Part shown: positions 11,063 through 20,866 of the stretch, piece after piece | Layout of the letters: each line of letters opens with the position of its first letter | Position numbering within the stretch: position 1 is the stretch's first letter | Source of the DNA: an uncultured delta proteobacterium | Lineage (GTDB): Bacteria; Myxococcota_A; Polyangia; Polyangiales; Polyangiaceae | Assembly: GCA_963716725.1 (NCBI GenBank) | Contig: CAVQUB010000001.1 | Span: 96,001 to 160,000 of the forward strand | Direction: 5' to 3' | DNA: 64,000 nt | Notes under the pieces: model-generated | Database searches by the model: none | The model's input: only the letters and a program-made list of their open reading frames with translations | Told to the model about the DNA's origin: nothing | Program-made: the position numbers and the translations under genes

Positions 11063-12601
11063 ATGAAGCATCGTAGTCGCCACGTCCGTTCACTTCTGCT
11101 CAGTGCCCTTGGTTTGCCAGTGTTGGTTTTCGCCTGCGCCAGCGATGACACCGGCGCCGGCAGGCCTTCAGTGGCACAGACCCCCGGCCAGCAGCTGTGC
11201 GATTCGTTGAAGAAGAACATCACAGCCTGCGGCGCCAGCACCCCTTGCGACGACGCTTTGGTGCGCGATTGCGCCAGCGTCGTGGACATGATGAGCGAGA
11301 ACTATCTGTTCACGACGAAGGGGTGTTTGGAAAGCGGCGGCAGCCCGGCCTCCTGTTTGGCTTCGTCGTTCAAAGGGCTGACGCCGAGTCAGGCACATCA
11401 GAGCTTCGCAAAGACGTTTTGTGGCGAATGCCTTGGCGGAGTCGTGCCCGCGTGTGACGCTCTGTTCTTCGGGCAGGGCGGAAGCATCCCCGACGAACTG
11501 AAAGTTGCGGGAGCGCTGATCTTGCCGCTGGGTGATGGCTTGGTCAGCCAAATCGAAAGTGAGTGCGCCAGGAAGAACCCGCTGACATGCGCGGCGCAGT
11601 TCTCGAGTTGCGCGCAAGGCGTGCTGGCCACTCAAGCGCTGCCCCAAGATACCCTCGCATGTCTCGTCGACGGACTCGTCAACGGCGATACCAGCGGGAA
11701 GACCTGTTCAGGCACCGGCGGCGCCGGAGGCGCATCCGGCTTTGGGGGCACGTCCGGATCGGGCGGCATGTCCGGCGGAGGCGGCGTTGGCACCGGCGGT
11801 TCGGGCACGGGTGGCGTTGGCACCGGTGGCATCGGCGGTTCGGGCACGGGTGGCGTTGGCACCGGTGGCATCGGCGGTTCGGGCACGGGTGGCGTTGGCA
11901 GCGGTGGCATCGGCGGTTCGGGCACGGGTGGCGTTGGCAGCGGTGGCATCGGCGGTTCGGGCACGGGTGGCGGTGGCGTCGGCGGCACCGGCGGCGGGGC
12001 CGGAAACTGCAGCAACGTGAGCGCGTTCAGCTGCGGCGCGTCCGACAAGTATTGCGACGCCGGGAGTTGTTCCAAGTGCGCCAGCGGCAAGCTGAACTGC
12101 AACGGAGTGGCCGGCTGCGAATGCGCCGGAACCTGCAACGGGACGTCGTGCTCCACGTGTACGGATCCAGGACCCGAACCCAACAACAGCATCGCGCAGG
12201 CTTCGCCCGCTTGCGCCAAGGCACCGTGCAATACGCTCGATTGCAATGCCCTGGGCGGCGGCAGCATAGCCGGGGTGGTCAAGCCAGGGGACACGGACTT
12301 CTTCACCTACAACGGCATCGACGACTTGTGCGAAGCCGCGCCTTCGGTCAGCACTCAATCGAGCGGAGTCAAGGCGTGCGTGTTTGCCAAGTGCAAGAAC
12401 GGCGCGAGCGCATTCAAGAGCTGCGCAAAGGGCCTGACGGAAAGTGAAGGCGCCCTCAAAGGCTGCTGCACATCGAAGCCGGGCGAAGCCAAGATGAATA
12501 TCGATTGTCCAGGATTGAACGATTCCGCGACGGTGTACATGCGTGTCACCGGCACGAATGCCAACGCTTGCACGGCATACGACTTGACGTACGACTTCTA
12601 G
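11063..12601 (+). CDS. Cys-rich lipoprotein with Gly-rich linker
   Basis: Lipobox VFAC, Cys-rich N and C domains, EPNNS motif, Gly repeat linker. Confidence 0.85.
   Translation: MKHRSRHVRSLLLSALGLPVLVFACASDDTGAGRPSVAQTPGQQLCDSLKKNITACGASTPCDDALVRDCASVVDMMSENYLFTTKGCLESGGSPASCLASSFKGLTPSQAHQSFAKTFCGECLGGVVPACDALFFGQGGSIPDELKVAGALILPLGDGLVSQIESECARKNPLTCAAQFSSCAQGVLATQALPQDTLACLVDGLVNGDTSGKTCSGTGGAGGASGFGGTSGSGGMSGGGGVGTGGSGTGGVGTGGIGGSGTGGVGTGGIGGSGTGGVGSGGIGGSGTGGVGSGGIGGSGTGGGGVGGTGGGAGNCSNVSAFSCGASDKYCDAGSCSKCASGKLNCNGVAGCECAGTCNGTSCSTCTDPGPEPNNSIAQASPACAKAPCNTLDCNALGGGSIAGVVKPGDTDFFTYNGIDDLCEAAPSVSTQSSGVKACVFAKCKNGASAFKSCAKGLTESEGALKGCCTSKPGEAKMNIDCPGLNDSATVYMRVTGTNANACTAYDLTYDF
11795..11970 (+). 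repeat. 39-bp coding tandem repeat (GGSGTGGVGTGGI), about 4 copies
   Basis: ggcggttcgggcacgggtggcgttggcaccggtggcatc repeated. Confidence 0.9.
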
Positions 12602-12660
12602 ACGAACTCAAGGCGCGCGGGTCGCGATCTCATGCGGCCCGCGCTGCGAGTCGGCAACGG

Positions 12661-13938
12661 TCACTTCGTCTGCTGGAAGACGCCGCCGTTACCACCCATC
12701 TGAATGAAGTAGACGTGGGTCGCGTCGACTTCGACGGCTTTCGAGTTGGCGAGCCCGGTCACCAGCGCCGCCGCGCCGCCGCCGCCGATCGCCGCGCGCT
12801 TCACCGATACGTAGTCGGTCCAGTAGACGTGAACTCCGTCCGTGACGAGATCGGCAACGCCGCTCGCTGCGCTCACTTCGCTCGGACTGCCGCCGGTCGT
12901 GGGCAGCTTGCGAATCGTACTCTTCGACGTATCGGCGAAGTACACGACGCCGGCCTGGGTGGCGATGGGGCCCGGTGCATTGGTCGAGACGAGGAGCGAG
13001 ACGAGTGCGCCGCCGGTGGTGGGCAGTCTCGAGATCGACGTGGGGTTCGACTTTCCGGCCGCAACTCCAGTCGCTAGGAAGAGGTCGGTGCCCTCGATGG
13101 CCAATGACGATGGAGCCGCGAGGTTGCCCGCGAGCACGGTGAGCGCGCCGCCTCCCTTTGATACACTCACCACCCGGGAGCCCGAAGTATCGCTCACGTA
13201 CGCGTTGGACGTGTCGAGGACCACGCGGCTCGGCAGGGTGAGCCCGGCGGCTACCGTCGCGACCACTCCCCCTCCGATGGAGACGCGGCGCAACTCGTTG
13301 CTCGCCTGGCTGAGCCAGTAAACATGCGTCGCATCCACTGCCACGCTCACGGGTTCCGCCTCGCCGGTCGCCAACGTCGTGGTCACTCCACCCGCCAGCG
13401 GCAGCGACTTCACTTCGCCCGCTGCGTTGATCACGTAGGCATTGCTGGCGTCGATGGCGAGGTCGACGAGCTCCGACTCGAACCCCGAGATCTTCGTGGC
13501 GCCCCCAGCACCACCCCCGATCCCGCCAGATCCACCCGTGCCACCCGCGCCGCCCGCGCCACCCGCGCCACCCGCGCCGCCCGCGCCACCCGCGCCACCC
13601 GCGCCGCCCGCGCCACCCGCGCCACCCGCGCCGCCCGCGCCACCCGCGCCACCCGCGCCGCCGCTGCCACCCGCGCCGCCGCTGCCACCCGCGCCGCCCG
13701 CGCCGCCGCTGCCACCCGCGCCGCCCGCGCCACCGCTGCCGCCCGCGCCACCGCTGCCGCCCGCGCCACCGCTGCCGCCGACGCCACCGCTGCCGCCGCC
13801 CAGGGAGGCATCCGGTGATCCTCCGTCCGGGTTCGCGAACTCGGATTTGTCGAGGGTGGGCGGTTCGGTCTCTATGCTGACGCACGCGCCGACCATCAGT
13901 CCGAGCAGCACCGGAAACCAGCTCTCGCTCGAGCGCAT
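12661..13938 (-). CDS. Gly-linker lipoprotein with beta-propeller-like repeats
   Basis: Lipobox VGAC; repeated VAVDATHVYW / VTDGVHVYW blades; start overlaps the upstream stop (TGATG). Confidence 0.85.
   Translation of the reverse strand: MRSSESWFPVLLGLMVGACVSIETEPPTLDKSEFANPDGGSPDASLGGGSGGVGGSGGAGGSGGAGGSGGAGGAGGSGGAGGAGGSGGAGGSGGAGGAGGAGGAGGAGGAGGAGGAGGAGGAGGAGGAGGAGGTGGSGGIGGGAGGATKISGFESELVDLAIDASNAYVINAAGEVKSLPLAGGVTTTLATGEAEPVSVAVDATHVYWLSQASNELRRVSIGGGVVATVAAGLTLPSRVVLDTSNAYVSDTSGSRVVSVSKGGGALTVLAGNLAAPSSLAIEGTDLFLATGVAAGKSNPTSISRLPTTGGALVSLLVSTNAPGPIATQAGVVYFADTSKSTIRKLPTTGGSPSEVSAASGVADLVTDGVHVYWTDYVSVKRAAIGGGGAAALVTGLANSKAVEVDATHVYFIQMGGNGGVFQQTK
13540..13800 (-). repeat. 9-bp coding tandem repeat (GGA/GGS)n
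   Basis: ccacccgcg/ccgcccgcg/ccgctgccg array. Confidence 0.9.
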
Positions 13939-15167
13939 CACTTCGGTTCCTCCGGGCGATCGAGCGACGCCGTGTAGAACGCCAGATACCCCGCCCAAGA
14001 CCAGTAGGCGTAGAGGCCGAGTCTCGACGGCTCGAGCGCTCCCAGCAAGTAGCTCTCTCCGAAGTTTCGACAGGCGCCCCGAGATCGGCACGGAGTGCAC
14101 GCGGAGGCGAACTGGTCGAAATCATCGGCGCCCGCGAGGCGCGCAGAGCAGCTCAGGGGCACTCGGTATCGTTCGTCGTCGATGTTCGGAGTGAACGCCG
14201 ACATCACCGCCGCCCCCAGCGTGACGCCCAGGTGATCGAATCGAGGCGAAGTCGCCGAGGGCGCGGGCGGAGTGCGGGCCACGAAGGCGCCGGAGCCTTC
14301 GGCGTCCCACGACAGGACTCGACCGTCCAGAGCTTCGAACCAGAAAACCCCGTCGTCGGCGCGGCGCGCTCGGCGAATCGGAACTGCTCCGCCCAGGTTC
14401 ACCGATGCGACGACACCATCCGTGCCGAACCGCGAAAGCGCGTCGTTGCTCTGCACGACGGCGACGAACTGCCCGTCGCTCGCTTCTTCCGCGAAGACCA
14501 CTGGCCCTTGGACGCCAGCGGGAGGCGCGAGGGTCGAGCTGCCGCTCGAGGTCGACGTCGCGACCTGCCACGAGTCCAGCTGCACGTCAGCGGCCTCGAA
14601 GCGCGCCGCGACGTAGTGGCCAGGACGAGAGGAACGGCCCAGCGTTGCACCGCAGTGAGCGAGCGGGACCGAGTGCGCGCGAAGCACGCCATTGGGCAGA
14701 CCGAAGGCCTCGGCGCTCGGACACTGGAGGACCCATCCGGTATCGATGCCATCCACGGCCACGGTCGTGAGCGTCTTGCCCGGCGTCCGCGGGTCGAAGC
14801 TGAACGCGCTCGCCTCCGGGGGCCGCTCGTGACGGGTCACCGCGCCCTCGCCGTCGACGGTGAACCACAGCTCCGCCGACTGCATCGACTCCGTGGGGTC
14901 GGCGGTCGTTGCGAAGAACCCGTGTACCAACAGCTGCCCGCCAACGCTTCGCGCAGCGCTCGTCGCGATCGTATCGATGAACGAGTCGCCCGCGTGCAGG
15001 CGCCCGATGATGCGCTTGAACAGCATCACCTTCGTGGCGCTCGGGTCGAGCGCGGCTTCGACCTGGAGCGAGTAGACAAGCCCGGTGTCGAGCACCACCG
15101 GCGGCGCATCGGCCTTGCCACACGCGGCCAACAGCATCACCGTCGAGAGCGAGAACATTTGCCTCAC
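13938..15167 (-). CDS. Lipoprotein of unknown function
   Basis: Lipobox LAAC; overlapping start/stop with both neighbours. Confidence 0.75.
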   Translation of the reverse strand: MRQMFSLSTVMLLAACGKADAPPVVLDTGLVYSLQVEAALDPSATKVMLFKRIIGRLHAGDSFIDTIATSAARSVGGQLLVHGFFATTADPTESMQSAELWFTVDGEGAVTRHERPPEASAFSFDPRTPGKTLTTVAVDGIDTGWVLQCPSAEAFGLPNGVLRAHSVPLAHCGATLGRSSRPGHYVAARFEAADVQLDSWQVATSTSSGSSTLAPPAGVQGPVVFAEEASDGQFVAVVQSNDALSRFGTDGVVASVNLGGAVPIRRARRADDGVFWFEALDGRVLSWDAEGSGAFVARTPPAPSATSPRFDHLGVTLGAAVMSAFTPNIDDERYRVPLSCSARLAGADDFDQFASACTPCRSRGACRNFGESYLLGALEPSRLGLYAYWSWAGYLAFYTASLDRPEEPK

Positions 15168-16456
15168 GATCGATCGCCTCCCTTCCCGAGCTCCGCAACG
15201 GTCCGGACGAGTGGCACCAGAGGGCGGCTCGTCTCGGGGTAACCCAGGATGGCTTGGATGCCGAACACGTGGGCGTTCGGGATCGGAAAGAAGGTCGCGG
15301 TGTCCGGTGTGTTGTAGCTGTACGAAACACCGAAGCCCAAAGGAGCGGTGAACAGGCCCGCCGCAATCTGATTCACGGCGTTATACAGAACATAGCTGTC
15401 CCACGCGCCTTCGAGCCCACCCGATCGCCGATGAACGGTGCCCTTGGCCCCGACTCGCAGCCCGCTGGTCCCGATCCCGAACTCGTCGACGTAGCCCACC
15501 TCGGCTGCCATCAGGCGAAACTGGGGCGAGACCTCCTGAACGACGCGCCAGCGCAGCCCGCCTTGAAGCACGTCGTCGGCTCCGAGCTCTATCTGCCGGC
15601 TCGCGGGCAGCTCCGGCGATGCCGAGGCATTGGGTGAACGCGGCTCCGAGGCGCGCAGTCCACGGTGGTCTTCGATGGCTCGAAGCAATCGCAAGCCGAG
15701 GGTGGGGATGCCGACGGTCGAGACGATGCTCTCGGGCAGGTTCTGCAACGGCTGGAGGTTCAGGCGAACGGAGCGCAGCGTCTTCCTGCTCTCGCCCACC
15801 TCCGTCACCTCGTTCTCCCAAGCCAGCGACGCGAAGGCCCCGGTGCGCCCCTCGTAGGCGGAGAGCACGGTGAAGTCCGCGCCCGTGTCGGGGTACGCGA
15901 GCACGCCGGGGGCACCGGGCCGCAGGCCGTAGTCAGCCTCGCGATCGGTCTGGAAACTGCCCCAAGGATCGCGGCCCAGGGAGCCGGTGCCGAGGAGATC
16001 GGTTTGGGTCGCGTAAGTCAGCTGGACGTCGGCCACTGCGAGACCCACGAACCCGAAGATCTGCCCCCCGAGCGGAGGGTTGAAATTCTCGGTCGTCGTG
16101 AAGGCTGGGCCGGAGACCATGACGATGTCGTAGTTGGCCCCGGCGAACACGCCCAGCTCGGGGCTGCCCAGACCGAGGCCGATGTTGATTTGCTCGCGCG
16201 TCAGGTTGCCCCCGACGCGTTGCCCATCGTTGAGCTCGAAGCGTGCGAGCGCCCAGCGCGTCGTGCTGTTGACATAGCCGAGCAGCGCTCGCCGGGCGGC
16301 CTGCGCCTGCAAGAACGTCAGGTGATTGCTGACCACGTCGATGGATTCGCGCGCGGCGGCATCGACCTCTTGACCGGTGAGCACCGGCTGCGCCAGCGCC
16401 GGCGGGGCATGCAGTGCGCCGACGGCCACGAGCAGGGCGCAGGTTCGTCGACCCAT
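15164..16456 (-). CDS. Secreted protein, possibly outer-membrane beta-rich
   Basis: Signal peptide ending ALA-Q; amphipathic beta segments; first gene of a 3-gene operon. Confidence 0.7.
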   Translation of the reverse strand: MGRRTCALLVAVGALHAPPALAQPVLTGQEVDAAARESIDVVSNHLTFLQAQAARRALLGYVNSTTRWALARFELNDGQRVGGNLTREQINIGLGLGSPELGVFAGANYDIVMVSGPAFTTTENFNPPLGGQIFGFVGLAVADVQLTYATQTDLLGTGSLGRDPWGSFQTDREADYGLRPGAPGVLAYPDTGADFTVLSAYEGRTGAFASLAWENEVTEVGESRKTLRSVRLNLQPLQNLPESIVSTVGIPTLGLRLLRAIEDHRGLRASEPRSPNASASPELPASRQIELGADDVLQGGLRWRVVQEVSPQFRLMAAEVGYVDEFGIGTSGLRVGAKGTVHRRSGGLEGAWDSYVLYNAVNQIAAGLFTAPLGFGVSYSYNTPDTATFFPIPNAHVFGIQAILGYPETSRPLVPLVRTVAELGKGGDRS

Positions 16457-16629
16457 TAGTGGTACGACCTCAATATCCGCTTCCGCGCCTCAATACCAGC
16501 AGCCGAATGGCAGCCACGTCACAGTCGGCTCAACCCTGTCCCCTAGGTGCGAACGGCACGACAATTCGCGCGAAGTTCGTCCGCCCGACACCGAACAAAA
16601 GCTCGGTCACACTCCTCGGACCCGCGCTG

Positions 16630-16850
16630 ATGCCGGACGTGCGCCGCTTCTTCGCCCTCCTCGTCGCGCGCGCTCTCGGCCTCACGGGCAAACAGGCCCG
16701 CTCCGCCGACGACGCCGCGGACTGGGACCGCGCGCGCGTCGTGGCTGACCTCCGGGCGGGCAAGCCCCTGGTCGTGCACGTCACCGTGGCGCTCTGCTCG
16801 AATCGCCAAATCGATTGCGGCAGCGCCATCGCCGGATGGGAGCGCCTGAG
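16630..16850 (+). pseudogene. N-terminal fragment of a secreted hypothetical protein
   Basis: Signal-like leader, GKPLVVHVTVALCSN, then runs into transposase debris. Confidence 0.35.
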
Positions 16851-16873
16851 CTTGGGCAAAGTCGATGACACCC

Positions 16874-17211
16874 TGCGTCGGGCGCCGAATGGCGGACATC
16901 GCCGTGCACTTGGAGGAGCGCGTGCTGCCACGTGTCCCCATTCGCCATTGGATCTGCTCATTGCCCTGGTTGTCCCCGCTGCTCCGGTCCGATGCGACGC
17001 GTGCGCACGACGCGCTTCGCGATACTCGCAGGAGTGCTGGGCCGAGGTCGTCACGACGCGTGCTGCCATCACCCGCCTGCTCGCCGAGCACGACCATGGG
17101 AAGTCCCCGGCGGGCCGGCGGGGGATGAGACTCGGGCCGCGAGCGCCGCCGCCTCAACGCGTGAACCTTCGGGTGCCCGAGCAGCTCGTGATGGGGTTCG
17201 GGGAAGGGTGA
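16874..17211 (+). pseudogene. IS91-like transposase remnant (internally deleted)
   Basis: CVGRRMADIAVHLEERVLPRVPIRHWICSLPW, then tail AITRLLAEH..LGPRAPPP..QLVMGF. Confidence 0.7.
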
Positions 17212-17242
17212 GGTTCCGTCGCGGGTCCCGCCGGGGCGGTGG

Positions 17243-17375
17243 TCCATGCGCGGTGGCGCTTTCTGCCTCGCAGTGACGGTCAGCAGCGTCAATCAGTGTT
17301 CAGCCAGCCACCCCGACCAGCCTCTCGACCTCCAACCGACACGCGCGTACCCTTGGGCTCCGTGGGTTTTGGCAG
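17243..17375 (-). repeat. Dispersed repeat family B (probable IS left end); copies at 45976-46126 and 47339-47406
   Basis: ttctgcctcgcagtgacggt...ctccaaccgacacgcgcgtacc...gtgggttttggcag shared. Confidence 0.85.
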
Positions 17376-17583
17376 TTCGTTCTTCCACCACGGCGTCGGC
17401 GTCGGCATCGGCAACTCGCTGCACGCCGGCATGGTCATGGTCGCCGATGGCACCGAAGCTCGCGCCGAACGCCTCGATCGCGTCCTCACCGTCGACCCCG
17501 GCATCGGCGTGGCGCGGCATGCCGCTGCGGGTTACCCGGAAGCCATCGAGACTGCGGCTGCGAAGGGCGTACAGCTGCCCTGA
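17376..17583 (+). pseudogene. hutU: Urocanate hydratase C-terminal fragment
   Basis: [46 protein letters not shown] matches the HutU C-terminus; 5' part replaced by repeat B. Confidence 0.88.
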
Positions 17584-18056
17584 CAAGGTCGCGCAACGCG
17601 GTCCACGCGTGGCGTTTGGCGCCCACAGCGACATTGACCACGTCAGAGCGCGCTTTTCGCAGCGAGCGGCGCTCGGTCAGCGCCGTCGGTCCTCAGGGCT
17701 CACTGACGGTGGCTTTCAACGGACAGGTCACCGGGTACATGAATTGCCCCGGAGGCGGCGGCCCAGTCAATGACACGTTCACGGGCACATACCCGGTCAA
17801 GCTCGGCGCGGCACCCGAGTGTCCCTGAGCTAGGGCTGCGGCATGCAAAGTCACCCGCGCACGGCAGAGGCCGGGATGGGTCACCCAATGCGCTGAGACG
17901 GCGCCGATGCCGAACATGCGTTGGCGATGTTCATGCCGACCGCGGCTGCTGTCATCAGGACCCGGAACGCCGCGCGCCGTCCGATCGCTCCGCACGTCAA
18001 CTTAGGCGGGCCGGCCGAGGAAGGCGCGGCTCCGCCCGAACGTAGACGGCAGGGCA

Positions 18057-18919
18057 ATGATGCGTTTCCTCGCCACCATCTCCTTGGCGTCGCTCGGTCT
18101 GCTGGCGGCGGAGGCCTGCAGCTCCTCCGGCAACACGGGCGGGGGCACGGTCGACGGGGGCGGTGGGGCAGCCGGCAGCGCCGCGGGCGGAATGGGCGGT
18201 TCGACGGCTGGGGCCGGCGGAATGGACGGTTCGGCTGCACGGCTGGGAGCGGGGGCGCGAGCGGGAGCGGCTCGGGTGGCATCGGCGGCTCGGGTGGCAT
18301 CGGCGGCTCGGGCGGCATCGGCGGCTCGGGTGGCATCGGCGGCTCGGGTGGCATCGGCGGCTCGGGCGGCATCGGCGGCTCGGGTGGCATCGGCGGCTCG
18401 GGTGGCATCGGCGGCTCGGGTGGCATCGGCGGCTCGGGTGGCATCGGCGGCTCGGGCGGCATCGGCGGCTCGGGTGGCATCGGCGGCTCGGGTGGCATCG
18501 GCGGCTCGGGCGGCATCGGCGGCTCGGGCGGCATCGGCGGCTCGGTGGCGTGTTCCGGCCAATGCCCCAGCCTGGTCCCGCCACAAACTGGCACCAGCGA
18601 CAACTGCACGCCGCCCCTCGACGGCGGCGCGACGGACTTCGACTGCTTGCACTGCGGCGCCCAAAGCTGCGGACCGCACTACGTGTACACGTGCACCGGC
18701 AACATGCCGCCGGCGATCTCCGGCTGTCAGCGCCTGTCGAGCACGCAGAATCGCTACTGCTGCTCGCAGCCCGTCTGCGTGCGCTACGATTCCCTCGATA
18801 GTTACTGCGTGAGCATCAAGAAGCCCCCGAAGTTCCGCTATTGCCACGCCAAAGCCTCTCCGCCGAGCGGCTGCGTGGCGGCGTCGGGGGTGTCGCAGGG
18901 CTTCTGCTGCGCGAGTTGA
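18057..18919 (+). CDS. Gly-linker, Cys-rich lipoprotein with a frameshift near 18237
   Basis: Leader MRFLATISLASLGLLAAEAC in one frame; (GSGGIG)n and Cys-rich domain in another. Confidence 0.75.
18269..18544 (+). repeat. 18-bp tandem repeat x15 (GSGGIG)
   Basis: ggctcggg(t/c)ggcatcggc units from 18269. Confidence 0.95.
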
Positions 18920-18987
18920 GCCGGACGCCCCACCGTCGACGAGCCCGCGGCTGCGCGCTAGCACTCGATCTCGAAAGGGAGTCCGAG

Positions 18988-19467
18988 ATGAAGCCCGTGA
19001 TCAACCTCGACGAACTCGAGCTCGAAGACGAGCCGGCCAAGGGCCACTTCCAGCAGAAGTTCGGCGTCATCAGTCCCAAGATCGGTGCGCAAAAGCTGGG
19101 CTACAACCTGACGATCTGCCCGCCCGGCAAGCGCGCCTGTCCGCTGCACAATCACCACATCAACGAGGAGATGTTCTTCATCCTCGAAGGAGAAGGGCTG
19201 CTCCGTTTTGGCGACCGCGAGGTCCCGTTACGAAAGCACGACGTGATCGCGTGCCCTCCGGGGAAACGCGACGTCGCGCACCAGATCATCAACACGGGCA
19301 GCGTGGACCTGAAGTACCTCGCGGTCAGCACGATGGAGCGCGGCGAGGTCGCGGAGTACCCGGACTCGGACAAGGTGGGGGTCTTCATCGGCGAGTATGG
19401 GAAGATGGATCTGCGCCTTTTGTTCCGGGCCAGCCAGGCCGTCGACTACGACGACGGCGAAGTCTGA
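18988..19467 (+). CDS. Cupin-domain protein
   Basis: PPGKRACPLHNHHINEEMFFILEGEG, AHQIINTG, EYPDSDKV; RBS upstream. Confidence 0.9.
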   Translation: MKPVINLDELELEDEPAKGHFQQKFGVISPKIGAQKLGYNLTICPPGKRACPLHNHHINEEMFFILEGEGLLRFGDREVPLRKHDVIACPPGKRDVAHQIINTGSVDLKYLAVSTMERGEVAEYPDSDKVGVFIGEYGKMDLRLLFRASQAVDYDDGEV

Positions 19468-19514
19468 CAGCGACCTCCTTGCGGCGCTCAATCCACCACC
19501 CGCGAACCGCGCCC

Positions 19515-19690
19515 ACTGCGACCTGGACCACGTCGCAGCCCGATCGCAACACGTTCCGGCGTGGCGTTTGGCGTCCACAGCGACATCGGCCACGTCGCAA
19601 CACGTTCCGCCGCAGCGTCGTTCACGGCGACATCGGCCACGTCGCAGCCACGTCAGCGCGCGCTGCCCCGTGGCGTTTGGCGCTCACAGC
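19515..19690. repeat. Cluster of cgtggcgtttggcg-ccacagcgacatcggccacgtc units, also present at 17608-17653
   Basis: Direct comparison of both ends of the islet. Confidence 0.8.
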
Positions 19691-19723
19691 AACTCCCTCG
19701 GGCGTTCAGCTGCCCTGACCCCC

Positions 19724-20866
19724 TCAGTCCTCGGCAACGCAGACCCGGTTCTTGCCCGCGGCTTTCGCGGCCAGCAGCGCTTGATCTGCGCGGCCGATCA
19801 GCGCCTCGGCGTCGTCGTCGCGCCGCCGCGCCGCCACGCCCACCGAACACGTCGCAGCGAGCCGACGCTCGGAATCGATGGCAAAAGGCGCATCCGACAC
19901 CGCTCGTCGGAGGCGTTCGCCGATGCCCAGGAGGTCGCTCGGGGAAGCGCCAGAAAGCAGCACCGCAAACTCCTCGCCGCCGTACCGGAACGGTCGCTCC
20001 CCAGCCCGAAGCGTCGAACGCAATCGCTCGCCCAGCCCGCAGAGCAAGGCGTCGCCCGCCAAGTGCCCGTGCGTATCGTTCACTCGCTTGAAGTCGTCGA
20101 GATCGATCATCGCAACGCCAAACGCCGCGTCCTCCTCCCGCGCCAATGAGCCTTCGAGGGCCTCCATCATTCGGCCGTGGTGTTCGAGTCCAGTCAGCGC
20201 ATCGATGCGCGCGCGCTCGGCCAGCTCCTCGTAGTGGTGGGCGTGCTCGATGGCGCGACCGGCCTGATCCGCGATCAGCGACAGCACGAGCTCCGCCGTT
20301 TCGTCGAGCGGCCGCTCGGTGAAGCAGTTGTCGGCGTAGAGCACGCCTCGGACGCGGTCCGCCCCGCGGAGCGGCGCCGCCACCGCAGTCGGCAGGTGCA
20401 AGAGCCCGTCCAGGTCGTCGGAGCCCTCGCCCTGCACCAGCGCGACCGCGCGCAGCGCCCGTGCGATGGGAGTGTCCCCCGAGACGGGCACCGACAGCGC
20501 TCTGACCCGCAGATCGAGGGCCCCCTGCTCGGCACGCTGCCGAAGGCCGGCTTCGTACAGCGTCAACAAATCCGGAGCGTCGCTCTCGATGGACTTCCAG
20601 ATCCGGTCGGCTTCGGAGTGATCGGCCGGCCCCACCGCTGCGACACCACGCAGGTTCGAGCGGTCACGATCATCGACGAAGAACAGCATGGCTCGGTTGA
20701 AGCCCAGTCCGACGCCGGCCGTGACGCCGGTCAAGAGTGCGTAGCAAGTCGGCTCGAGCTCGAGGGATTGCCTCGCCAAGTTGCTGACGCGATGGAGCAG
20801 GTCGATGGCCTGTCGAAGCGCCGCGTTCTCGCCGCGCAGCTCGGCTTCGTTCAGTTCTTCTGGCAC
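19724..20866 (-). CDS. GAF + GGDEF diguanylate cyclase
   Basis: GFNRAMLF GAF region; DALTGL, DLDDFKRVNDTHGHLAGD, RYGGEEF; GTG start approximate. Confidence 0.92.
   Translation of the reverse strand: MPEELNEAELRGENAALRQAIDLLHRVSNLARQSLELEPTCYALLTGVTAGVGLGFNRAMLFFVDDRDRSNLRGVAAVGPADHSEADRIWKSIESDAPDLLTLYEAGLRQRAEQGALDLRVRALSVPVSGDTPIARALRAVALVQGEGSDDLDGLLHLPTAVAAPLRGADRVRGVLYADNCFTERPLDETAELVLSLIADQAGRAIEHAHHYEELAERARIDALTGLEHHGRMMEALEGSLAREEDAAFGVAMIDLDDFKRVNDTHGHLAGDALLCGLGERLRSTLRAGERPFRYGGEEFAVLLSGASPSDLLGIGERLRRAVSDAPFAIDSERRLAATCSVGVAARRRDDDAEALIGRADQALLAAKAAGKNRVCVAED

Larger units (their letters stand above)
17565..19719. mobile_element. ~2.1-kb islet flanked by a 20-bp direct repeat of the hutU 3' end
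   Basis: gggcgtacagctgccctgac (17565-17584) vs gggcgttcagctgccctgac (19700-19719). Confidence 0.6.

Noticed and set aside
17921..17937. Weaker GG-N10-GC matches (also 41595-41610 and near 31549-31564 minus)
   Set aside because: Poor match outside the dinucleotides; expected by chance at this GC content
18269..18544. Regular repeat resembling a CRISPR array
   Set aside because: No spacers; coding GSGGIG tandem repeat; no cas genes
19515..19690. Possible mini-CRISPR
   Set aside because: Units are irregular and overlapping with no unique spacers
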